From: Balanoglossus misakiensis
Lineage: Eukaryota; Animalia; Hemichordata
Direction of reading: 5' to 3'
DNA: 64,000 nucleotides
Assembly (NCBI GenBank): GCA_040954595.2
Contig: CM082579.2
Location: forward strand, 13,083,834 to 13,147,833
In this document: piece by piece, positions 1-11,159 of the stretch
Numbering within the stretch: the stretch's first letter is position 1
Layout of the letters: every line of letters begins with the position of its first letter
The notes under the pieces: generated by a model
Databases searched by the model: none
What the model was told of the DNA's origin: nothing
What the model saw: only the letters and a program-made list of their open reading frames with translations
Program-made: the position numbers and the translations under genes

Positions 1-55
1 AGTCATCCGGGGGTCCAAATGTAATTCCACTACACTCGTCCTACTTTTCTTTTTG
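1..55 (-). repeat. Polypurine tract and start of the 3' LTR (LTR continues beyond the left edge)
   Basis: The minus strand reads AAAAAGAAAAGTAGGACGAG directly before TGTAGTGG, and 1-34 matches 8644-8677. Confidence 0.8.
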
Positions 56-1745
56 GGAGATCCTCCCTGGGGCTATATGTCGGGTAATGGGAAGCCTGAA
101 GCGGTGGGGTTCCCTGGAAACGTTCATCGGTCTGGTCCTGAAAATAAAAAGATCTTGGGTGGCCTGCCCATGGAGACGGGCACCAGAATACTCTCTGATA
201 TTAGATTCCAGCCAGAGTGGCTGGATTGGGTTTTTTGTTATTTGACATGCATCTCCTCCGCCAGAGGCGGATAGTTGTGCATGCTCTTCCTCCGTCAGTG
301 ACGGATTCCACTCTCTTGGCACTGCCCCTCGCTGCTCGTGTCATTTAGATCCTGTACAGAAGGCGGGCTTTCTCTGCCGTCTGTTCCTGTGTCAATGGAG
401 GTCGGACGATCTCCCCCTTTTCTATCCACTCTGGACGCAGTTCCTGGGTTGTGTCCCTCGAGTAAATCTCCTCCCCCCTGTCCGATGACGGTCCCGCCTG
501 GGGTTGGACCTCCCGAAATTCATCCCTCCGCGACTGGGTTGGGGATCTGGATCGGTTGGGACGTCTTCGCATGGCTGACGTCGGACTTCCCAGGGGGTTA
601 AGTCTCCCCCTGCCTCCGACGTCGCCTCCAGCTCCAATGGCCGGATTGGTGACTGCAGCGGCAGTGGTTCCCGGTGTGGGATTGGCGGTTCCCGAAGTAG
701 ATGTTGGTCTCTTTCCTCTCTCGCTGCTGCCCTCAGGGGTGACACTTGGGCGGGTGGTGGTTCCGGGCCTTTTGAAACGTCCATTACCTGGTATTCTCCA
801 TATCTCGGTGCCGTACTCTTAGGTGTACCCCCGACCTGGGGTAAGCCGAGTACCTGTCGCTCTAGTTGGGGGTCCGGAAAAATACGTAGGGTCTCCTCAA
901 GGTCATCGGCCGTGGTTATTGGAGGGTCCCTTGCGGAGATCAAGCCAGCATATCCCTCACGTACGCGGCCTGGGTGGAACTTGCGGGGTTTGGTTGTGCG
1001 TGTCCTCAGGGCCGCTTCAGGTGATACGGGCAGGTGGACTTCGGTTCTCTCCTTCCCGTATGCGTTCATGGCCTCCTCCCGCACAATGTCGATCCAACCA
1101 CTATCGCCAAGGACCGTTGCTACTTGGCCGCGTTCGCCCAGAATCGGGAACATCGTTTCCTTGCCAACCTCCAGCGGCCTCAGCCAAGGGGTGATACTGA
1201 GGGGATCCGACTCAAACAGCCGTTCTTTCATTTCGTGTGACTGTTTCTCTGTCCGTTTGGCCGCTGATTTTCCTGACAATTCCTACAAGTGGTCTGGGAG
1301 CTCTTTTTCGCCCTGCAGTGGAGTTTCTGAGAGTAGTTCAAGCTCGTTGACAGTGCCTGTGGCAATTTCGATGTCTTTGGTTAATGTCCGAAGAAGCTTT
1401 CCCCCGACTGCTGTCGCCACTACTGTTCCCGGCGGTATGGTGACGTTGTCATCGGTCGGGTTTACTAAACAGATGATTGGGGGCTGCCCCTTTTTACAGA
1501 AAGTCCGGGGCATAATGACCTCACCTAGTTTTACTGGTTTCACTATATAGTCGGGCATGTCCATGTCGATTGTCCCTGTTACCCTGGTCACGGAGTTCGG
1601 AGACAGGATAGTGCATGGAGCGACTGATATGTAAGCCACGTGCCACAGTGGTATGGTCCCCTTGCAGCAACGGGACATGCTGTTCTCCCACCTGGAGGAA
1701 GTTTTCTCGCATGTGGAGGATGACCTGCTTGGATCAGTTAAATTT
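56..1745 (-). pseudogene. Degenerate Gypsy pol remnant: post-protease spacer joined to a proline-rich post-integrase tail; no RT, RNase H or integrase
   Basis: ORFs 1283-1756 and 422-1279 share a frame across one TAG (ELPDHL*ELSGKS). LVNPTDDNVTIPPGTVVA resembles the Gypsy protease-RT spacer. No YxDD or integrase motifs. GC content is higher than in the flanks. Confidence 0.6.
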
Positions 1746-1902
1746 TCATGCCACAAATTTTGACAACATAGAAATAATTATTCATATAAAGAGCGTTTCA
1801 TTTGTTTATAGTTTTTTGGTGTAAGATATTTATTTGAGCAAAATAATTGTGATTGAAAATATATTGTTGTTAACCTTATTTAATAAGTTGAATTTATTTT
1901 AG

Positions 1903-4413
1903 TTTGTTACAGAGTCTGCACAGGGCGTTGCAAGTGCGTGTTACAGTATGATGGGCAGGAGCAGCTGCTGTTCAACTTAAACAATAAAGAACTGTTTTGT
2001 TATCGTCTGCTCTTCAATTATTTACACCAGATGTTGGAGGGAAGAAATCCACTGTCAGCATGCCATAGGTAAGTCATCATTTAGTTTCATTTTTAGCTTC
2101 TGTGTGTTATTATATCACGTTGGTGTTTGGTTTTAGCTTCCATATGTCCATGGAAGGTATTCATATAGACTTGGAAAATTGATGTATGTATATGTTCATC
2201 CATGAAAAACTCAAGAACCGCAGCACCTACAATCTTAGTATTTGGTGAACATGTGTCATAACTTCATGGCTTTCATGGCCTCTAGGGATGGCAGTTACCC
2301 AATGCAAGTCATTTTCACCAAATTCAAATCACACAATTTTGCTAAAATCATAAAAATTGAATGTTTTTGTAGGGCTTCCCAAACAAAATATTAATTAAAT
2401 CATGGGAAAACTGTCCCCATGAGCATGTGACAAGTCTAAACCAACATATTTTCACATATTTGATTTAACAGGGCCGTCACAAGGAACAACAATGTACTGT
2501 CGTGCACAACACCACTGCCCATTCATAAGCTCCGACTAGCGTGGAATGCATTTGCCCGTCTGCTTGACATTAAGTATGAAGATATGTTTCGCTGTACCTG
2601 TTGCGGTGATACACATGATGTGGTTGTTTGCGATGGAACATTCCTTGGTTGCAACAAACATTACTTGAAGCCATACCTGAATGAAGCACCAGCAACAGGT
2701 GACCCCATTACAGGCTCCAAACACAGTGAACGGACTCTATTGCTCAAGAAGAGTACTCGGTCATCATTGTTGTTGTATGCAACAACAAAGACTACACTAT
2801 CTGTGCAGGATTTCTCCAAGTTGCTATCCCAACTTCGAAAGGAGAGGAATGGCAAAGCTCTAGCAGATGTCATTGCTGCCATCGACCAGAACCGGAAACC
2901 TCCAGTGTTTGCAAAGAGACTCTTAGAGGACTTGAGCAAAAACTCACCAGTTTGTGCTATGGTACAATCTAATAACTTGGAGCAGGCTAGGATTGAGTTA
3001 CTTCATGAACACTCTCCCATTATTTCAACATTCCTTGAAGGTATGATGACACAACAGGGATCACTACCACATTGTGTTCTTGACCTACTCCAAGATATTG
3101 CATGCTGTATAATATCTACATTCATCGACCAAGGTGAAAGATGTTACTCTGCTCCTGAGGAATCAGATATGGATCAGTTGTCATTCTTTCCAGGATTACC
3201 AAAACTACACAGGTAAATCACATTTCTAGCAATACAATGTACTTTAAGTAAACTTTACGTTATTATGTTGCTGGTAGTGCATAAATATTGATTCATTGTA
3301 ACTCCTTTTTAAACCTTTTATGTTTTTATTTCTTTTATTACAGAGAAGCTAGATATGCCCAAGATGGAGTAAATGTACAGTCTGACTCATGCCGAAAGCT
3401 AGCTATGGGACATCCCACCCTATCACCGGGAATATTTACCATATTTTGTCCTCATGGTGTGTGCTATGGATTCGAGATGATGACCAGTCATGAATCACCC
3501 AGACACCCCTTCAACATTTTCAAATCACGCTTTCCAGTTGCTCCAAAGTTGATAGTGTACGACAATGCGTGTAAGCTACACCAGTATTGTCTGAATAGGT
3601 TCGTAAACAGTGGTAATTTAATTCATTAAATGTTTTCATATATCAACAATAACAATGGTTATTGGACATGTACAGATGGCGCAAGAGATGTATTGAATAT
3701 TTTATGCATGGGATGATATATAAATAATAATAATAATAAAAATAAACATCCTAAAATTACCAAACATTGCTCTCACTTTTAGATTGCAGGACAAGCCGTT
3801 TTAGAACATTTTTCTCAGAATTGCCTGGGTAGAAATAAGTTTCAACCATAAAATGCTTCATACGTTTTCCTTTTTTTAACCTTTTAGGGAACCTGTCTTT
3901 TTTCAAGATACAATTTTCTGCGTTGATAGGATGCACTGGGTGAATCATACAGGGTAAGTTTGCAATCCTCAGTTTCTTTGGTGTTTATTTTGTCGTAGAG
4001 AGAGTAGAAAGTGTAATCATAAGTCTACTTTGATGGAAGTTTTCCTGTATTATAGAGAAGAGTTCATTGGTTTTGAGTGTAAGTTCGGCTCGATATTAAT
4101 CTGGTTTGACAAAGGGAATACTGTACATGTGATAAAATGTATTTCTCTCTGTAAAAACTTGAAAGCTGATAAATCTTTCTATTTTATCTTCTTCAGGTGT
4201 TCTCAAGGATATTCCCTTGCAACATATCGTCATCGATTTGATGTCATCAGTCTCAATTCACAAGTCAATGAGCAAGCCAACTCCTACCTTGGACGAATAA
4301 AAGCTCAACTAGCCTACATGCTGCCTGATAACTTCATGTTCCACACCGCTCTTTTCCTAGCCTTGAAAAATATGGACAAGCTCAAGAAACTTCCATCTGA
4401 TGGATCAATTTAA
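1903..4413 (+). CDS. KDZ (Kyakuja/Dileera/Zisupton) transposase, 5'-truncated; exons ~1903-2068, 2472-3212, 3344-3598, 3888-3953, 4197-4413
   Basis: GT-AG joined exons give one open frame with FRCTCCG...VVCDGTFLG, GIFTIFCPHGVCYGF, ESPRHPF, IVYDNACKLHQYCLNRE, VDRMHWVNHTGC and NSQVNEQANS, which are KDZ D-D-E and Cys/His motifs. Confidence 0.85.
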
Positions 4414-4968
4414 AATTTTGTGAAAATGGTAACTAGTCAAACTTCAGTACAGTTGTTATTGTAAGACTTATAGAGAAAAACGGCCTTGGATATTTCTGCC
4501 AGCTTTATGCTTCAGGTTCAACAATTAGTGTATTTATTCATCTGATTATATGTTATCATAGCAGTTTAAATTTTTATTTGGTCATTGTCTATGGGGAGGG
4601 ATTTTACAAAGAAATAAATATCAGGAAATTTATGTGTACTTTGGTTTAAAACATGCCAATTGTACATTTCATAATGTAATATTTCCTCTACAGATTTATT
4701 CAAAACAGTTGCTTGTACCAGTATGTTTGTATTTATAATACAGCAGAGGTGTAACACTGTATTGGTGGCTGGGCCATTTTTTCAATAAATGGTATCTCTA
4801 CATTATGGCAATCAACACAATTTAACTCAGTACATTTCAATATTTTATTATACAAATACAAGCAAATACAAAATTCAAGCAAATACAAAATTCAAGCAAC
4901 TACAAAATTCAGAACTGTGTTAAAATAAAAATCCCTGAATGTAAATAAATCTTCTACTCTCCAAAAAA

Positions 4969-6286
4969 TCAGCGACGGCACTTGGCAGCAGAAGTCTTCT
5001 CGTATGCTTCCATTCTTGATGATTTCTTCCTTGGTCTGTCAGATCTTCGGGGGGCTGAAAAGAAAAGAATTAATATGTTGTTATGTTGTTTTAAATTTAA
5101 TGTACAGAATTGTTTTTTCATGTGCAATGCTGTAGCAAATGATGAATAAAATATTGTGATTTATAACTTACCTGTCACCATTGCAGTTAAAAGTTGGATG
5201 TCATCATTTTGTAGCCTTGAGCTTGACATGACTGGACTTTCCATCAGTATTGATGATCCTTCTGGCAGATATGTGGTTTCTCCAGTACTTGCAGGTATAC
5301 TGTATGTTTCATCAGGTCGCGGAGTTTCTGTTGTGCATTGAGAGTCATCTGGAAATAGAAAACAACAGAAAAAAAACAAACGTGTGAGCTTTGCCAAAAT
5401 AGCATTTTGTATGACTTGATGCAGACTTATCTGTTTATAGTTACAACAATATGGAGCCTATTGTTTGCCTACACTAAACTTTTTTTTACAGTTTTATGCT
5501 GGAATTTATGACCTTAAGTAATAGACTTACCAAGTGTTGAGTCTTCAGCAGTGTCCATCGGTTCTACTTCCTCGTCATGTGTACTTTCATTTCCATCACC
5601 AGCAGTTGCATCAGATTCTGTAGGATCAGTAAGTTCACCTGCAATAAAAACAAAGACAGTCACATGATGAATATTGGAATATTGTTTGAAAGGAAAATAA
5701 AGACAATTTTTTTTTAATTAAAATGATGACTTAGAGTATGACTGCTCTTACCTAATAAATGTTCTTGCCCATGGTGCATGTAACATGATCGGACGACCTT
5801 CCTTAAACAGCATGCCCAGTCCTCGGTCCTGTCCGCGATTTCTCTAGGATCTGTTTTCGGGTTTGCGTACAAAATGTCCCTGGGCCACCAAACCGGTTTT
5901 GTGTCTGGGTGGGTCCACTTACACTTGTTTCCCTTTAAAAAAGGAACTAGTGAACGAAGTGTGTGCAAGTTGACCCGGGAAAGTGAGCCGCCGCCGTATT
6001 CGGGTCGCCTGAGGTCAGGAAGTTCAGCAGGTGATGGGGTTTGCTCTTGTGATGCGTCCAGATCTGTATATAGCCGGTGTGATAGTATGTTTGGAATGTG
6101 TTCGCTTATTGCTGAGGTGAGGTGCTGAGATCCATGAACCAGGGATTTCTTCGTCTTGGATATCTTGCTGGTGTATATCACTGTCACTGAAGCCTCGTAA
6201 CCAGTCAAGCGGGAGAATTTCTCTACGGCCTTGTACAAGCTCTCCAAACATTTGGCATCTTTAACTTTCATCTCGGCAGCAGCCAT
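4969..6286 (-). CDS. NRF1/EWG/P3A2-like DNA-binding-domain protein, ~301 aa; exons 6286-5752, 5638-5531, 5348-5172, 5054-4969
   Basis: KPVWWPRDILYANPKTDPR...DWACCLRKVVRSCYMHHGQEHLL aligns by eye with the NRF1 DBD (KPIWWPEDIPWANVRSDVR...SWTQALRTIVKNCYKQHGREDLL). Three phase-1 GT-AG introns keep the frame to TGA at 4969. Basic C-terminus (PRRSDRPRKKS). Confidence 0.8.
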
Positions 6287-6790
6287 GTCTCTGGATAGAT
6301 TGCTCGATGTTGTACGATAGAGATATATATCGTGGAATGGTGGTTTAGTTGTTGATTCAACTGCTTAAATAGAGGATCTAAAACTATATGCACCAATCAA
6401 GTGCATCTCTGGGCGATTGTCACATTAGTTGTCAAACGGGTTGACAAGGCCGGCTTATTTCATATATTCGGTAATAGATGCCGCTATTTGTATCAAATTT
6501 TAAAATTGACATAATCGGTGTATTTGATATGTCGATCGACAAAAGCCGCAATTGTTTAAAGTGCTTGATTGACATGACCGGCGTATTTCATGTAGCGGCC
6601 CTGATTGGCTTGATCAACAACAAAGTTCGCCGGGGGTGTTAATCGTGTGCATTGATGTTGTCAAGGGCTAGCACAACAAGGTGTGAAACGGCTTTTAAAG
6701 CGAGCACGCGGGGAGTCCACACTTGGGCAGTCGGTGAAATAAAGTGATTAAACAATAGCAATATCGAACACCGCATGTATCTTGAAAAGA

Positions 6791-7314
6791 AAATATCTGA
6801 ATCTCGACCATTTCCATCGTTTTAATGACCATAAAACAATTTGGCCGTTTGTTTTTCCATGTGGACGAGTTCGAGCCAGGTCTATTGGCATCGTTATAAA
6901 CTTCAAATTCACCTTGATTATCAATCTAAGCTCACAGAAAACTGATTGCATTTTATTAGTATTTTAGCGCATAGAAAGCCATCGATTTAGTAAAATTTCC
7001 GATGTAAATTTTGTTAGCGGTCACGGCATGTAAACAGACGTAGACCACTCGCGTTTGAAATATCTGAATCTCGACCATTTCCATCGTTTTAATGACCATA
7101 AAACAATTTGGCCGTTTGTTTTTCCATGTGGACGAGTTCGATCCAGGTCTATTGGCATCGTTATAAACTTCAAACTCACCTTGATTATCAATCTAAGCTC
7201 ACAGAAAACTGATTGCATTTTATTAGTATTTTAGCCATCGATTTAGTAAAATTTCCGATGTCAATTTTGTTAGCGGTCACGGCATGTAAACAGACGTAGA
7301 CCACTCGCGTTTGA
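6791..7314. repeat. Tandem duplication of ~267 bp (6791-7057 and 7058-7314)
   Basis: Near-identical copies; the second has an ~11-bp deletion. Confidence 0.9.
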
Positions 7315-8123
7315 TTTATTTTGTGTGTTTACATGTTGAGATCGCCGTTATTTACCACTTTATTTTTATTTCATCAACTGCCGTGTCCACAATAGTCCAG
7401 CGGCAAGATGTGATCTCGATGTGACGTGAAGACTTTGCGTCACGTGACGTCAGAGAGCCCGCCCAGCCTGTCTCACGTTTACCGTCAGTGCCATGGGAGG
7501 GGTGCCCCACCGTACCGTGGTCCCACGCATCGTCTCACTGTCCTTGGCGTTTGTGAATTTCGACTAATTGTTCAAATTATTCATTATGTTTCCATGATTT
7601 ACATTTACTTAAGGCTTTGTATGATCCAGTTGCCGAGCAAGTCAACCTGGCTCCCCTCATTGCTTGAATGGTAAACCTCGTAACATGTGTTGTTATGCAT
7701 GGGGTCAACAAGCTGACGAGACAGTTGTAGTTGTGAGGCCCTAAATTTCGCGTCGAGTTCAAATCATAATGGTATTTCGATTCCCGCAAATATAACCGGA
7801 AAAGCTGTAAACATGTTCAACATTTTTCAAGCGACGAAGAAATAGTACTTTAAACATTTCTTAATAGCAATGTAGCGTGACCACATGTACGTCGACATAA
7901 CATGAAGGTAAGACTGATGATCGCAACATGAGTCGACCGTCAGCGTCACGTCAGTGCGATAGTTATCAAGCTATAGTATATAAAATTCGGAACCGAGGTC
8001 AGAACGTAGCGAAGGTTAAGATATTTTACATGAATAAAACACGGACAACAAATTGATCAGTTAAAAGCTCTTTATTAAAAACATTCAGTGGCAAGATCGT
8101 AGATTTGTTGCGGCTTGAAAGAT

Positions 8124-8224
8124 GGCGCAGCATGATGGCGCAAAGGACGGCGCAGCATGATGGCGCAACTAGGGGGCGCATAGTGCTGTTTTTGATTGAT
8201 GCGCCGGCGCGGGTAGGGGGCGCA
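8124..8224. repeat. Phased GGCGCA motif array
   Basis: GGCGCA at 8124, 8137, 8149, 8162, 8175 and 8219, plus an inverted TGCGCC at 8200. Confidence 0.8.
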
Positions 8225-8246
8225 GAGTGTCAGGTTTGAACCTCTC

Positions 8247-8264
8247 ACATACCTGGCAGCGCCA
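8247..8264 (-). promoter_or_regulatory. Primer binding site (TGGCGCTGCCAGG...)
   Basis: TGG-initiated tRNA-complementary sequence 4 nt downstream of the LTR end. The priming tRNA (possibly Ser) is tentative. Confidence 0.65.
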
Positions 8265-8268
8265 ATAA

Positions 8269-8677
8269 AGTAATACTCGCCCCGCGGGGGAGAATACTCC
8301 TCGCGGTTGCACCGACCGTGTATATACTACCTACACAAAGCGATCGATGCCTATATTAACTATGACTAAATACTTAACAACTATCTTAAACGCTACATGT
8401 ATATAGAAAGATGAGACAGAACTATAAGTGAAAGCTTATAAGGATATTACTTACGTCTTGATATAGATCAGGTACAATTCGATCTATCGGATCTCCAGCT
8501 CGTCGAAACGGCGTGCTTTCCCCAGGTCCGCCCACACTGCTGTTGGCCTCATCCATTGGTGCCGCTCCTGTCAGTCAGATCTCCGTGCTCCGCCTTCCAC
8601 GGTTCTGGCTGGCTGTCGCCCTGGGCAACCGACTCCGGCTGCCAGTCATCCGGGGGTCCAAATGTAATTCCACTACA
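8269..8677 (-). repeat. 5' LTR of a Gypsy-type LTR retroelement (~409 bp)
   Basis: 8644-8677 is identical to 1-34. On the minus strand it begins TGTAGTGG and ends ...TATTAC(T), a near-canonical TG...CA, a few bases before a TGG-initiated PBS. Confidence 0.8.
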
Positions 8678-11159
8678 CAGGTGACTCAGGTCACGACCTG
8701 GACGATTCTGGTTTTGGCGAGGACCCGTCTGACATGCGTCAGCTGGATTTCATCGTCCGTTAAGGTTTCACTGGAGCATGAAACCTTTCTTATGCCTTTT
8801 GCTTTATGACTAGACTGTTTTGCTCTAATCGTCGCATCAATTTTTGTTGTGAATACTCAATTTTGTACCTGTTGCTCGCTCGACAACGCGACGACATTGG
8901 CTCACCACTGCTGACCTCGTGACAGTTTTGGTGCCGGTTGGTGCGATAAAAATGTACACAGGTAAAACTAATCGTCGATCGTCGATATTTACACATACGA
9001 AACATTTTATTTATCTTTGCTTATGTTTTTATATCGAAATAAAACCAACAACTACACTGAATTTTGCCGCCCTAAGGGGACTTTGTTTACAAGTTTAAAA
9101 TAGTTCCGTTTGGTGACGTCAGAGGGATGGTAATTACAATAACGCTTGGTGCATATTTACCTACGTCTGACGTCATTCTATTGTAATATGCGGAGCTATG
9201 TATGTGATAATGAACATTAATTGCTATTTTGCATATATTTGAATATTCCTTAAACAACGGAGCATATTAAGTTTACATATGAAGAGGTCACTTACTGAAA
9301 ACGCCAATGATGAGACAAACATTCCATTTACAGTTAGTGACACAGTTTATTGGCCAAACCAAAGCCTCTCGAAGAAACACGTATTTCAGGAAGCTGCGTG
9401 AAAACAGCCGAAAAAACGCAGCGATTGGCAGCCTTAAACAGTTTGTACAGTTATGGCGCCTTAGAATATTTAAAAAACACACGAGGTTAATTCATGCAAA
9501 CGCGAATAATGTCTGAAGATAATAAGACATAAAAAGCTTAGTATGGACGGCTAAAAATTGAAACAGCGGAAAAGCGGACGGAATTTAGCAAAATTGTAAC
9601 ATCCTCTGATGATACATGCAAAGTCAGGAATAAGCTTTGACAGCAAACAAAAGAGTATAAAATGACATTCATCGTCTGCAATTGATATGTTTTTCACATT
9701 GAAGACAAATTGTCTGATTTAAAAGGAACGGTGGGTATACAATGTCGTCCTTTTTCAACAGCAAACTTATACATTAGCAGTCTGTAATTTAATTTGTATA
9801 CAAGACATATATAATTCAGGTTCAATCATGGATTTATACTGACGCAACTTGTGGGATTCGTTCATTGGGAAGCTGTCCATTCTTGCTTGAAACAATCTTA
9901 TGTTAATCTTTCATGGAACATTTTGCAGAAACACACTTGGCTCCCCCACCTATTGCTTAAAGAAAACAATTGCAAATCCATACTTGAACAATAATTCCCA
10001 TGTCTGTGTTGCCCAATTCATTTAAAATTTCATAGTATATGTAGGCATGTGGGCCAGGAGAATTATCCAATGATACTAGTTTAAAAAATTAAATCCAGTT
10101 TGAAACACTTCGTGTATTGGCAGGAGAGTGAAATTGATTCTGGTAAATCGGCAGATCAAGCAAGTAAAATCTGCCATGGTTACAATGACTTAAAAGTTAC
10201 TTTAAAAATATTAAAGCAAATATATGATCAGGAATACCACCAGGATGCTAGATTAATAATCTTTCAGTGCCAATCCGTTTAATCCTGAAATGATTCTTTA
10301 AAACAGGTTTAAGTAAAAGGATTAACATTTGGGTTTGTCCGTATCTTCATTCTTTACTCTGCCCCATGCTTGTCGCTGAAAGAATAAATTTAAACAAGAA
10401 TAAGCAAAGAGAATAGACATAACATGTACTCACAATTAGCAATGTACACACTTTATACAAATAGTCTTTGATAAGTGGGAGTATCTGGAAATGTGTGCTT
10501 ATCGACGTCATCTGATTAATAATAACTAAGTTAAAGCCCCATAAGCTGCAACTCGATAAAATTAAGCTTTAAAAAATCTAAACTATGCTTTTAACTCTGT
10601 CTATTAAATGATATTGCCTGGTAGTATATCAAGAAAACACTTTTTTATGACAACATAACCAAACAAATAAAAGTATTACCGGTATAGTCCTGCAATTTAA
10701 AAAAGCGAAAGTGCAATGCAAAATAAAATTGTAATATCACAGTGGAGCATGTTTACTTTCATGTGTTCTAGAGGATTAGATCATGTATGCTTTGTGTATA
10801 AAATCACAAAGGTCTACGTTGTATTTTGGATTTTTCCACGATGGCGGCCATATGTGCTTGCGGCAAAGCTTTATTATTTATCTGGTTAACACTCGCAAAT
10901 GTATAGGGTTTATGATACTTGTATTACTACAGTACATACATCTGTATGGCCTAATATTGAGTACAATTAAAAATTAAATTTCACGCGATTGTTTCCAAAA
11001 AGTTCAACACGTGCGTAAAACGCAAGCTTAAGATAGTGACACCAGAAAGTAATTGTCTCATGATGAGTTTTGTAAAACTATTGATCCCGAGGCAGATAGT
11101 CCAAAGCACATGAAGAAAGACATTACCGAACGATTTGGGGCATCGACAAATCCAAAACG

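Noticed and set aside
53-1550. Several plus-strand ORFs of 70-212 aa
   Set aside because: Antisense shadows of the GC-rich Gypsy remnant with no recognisable motifs.
8231-8264. tRNA-like 3' end (GGTTTGAACC...CGCCA)
   Set aside because: No cloverleaf upstream; explained as the complement of the retroelement PBS.
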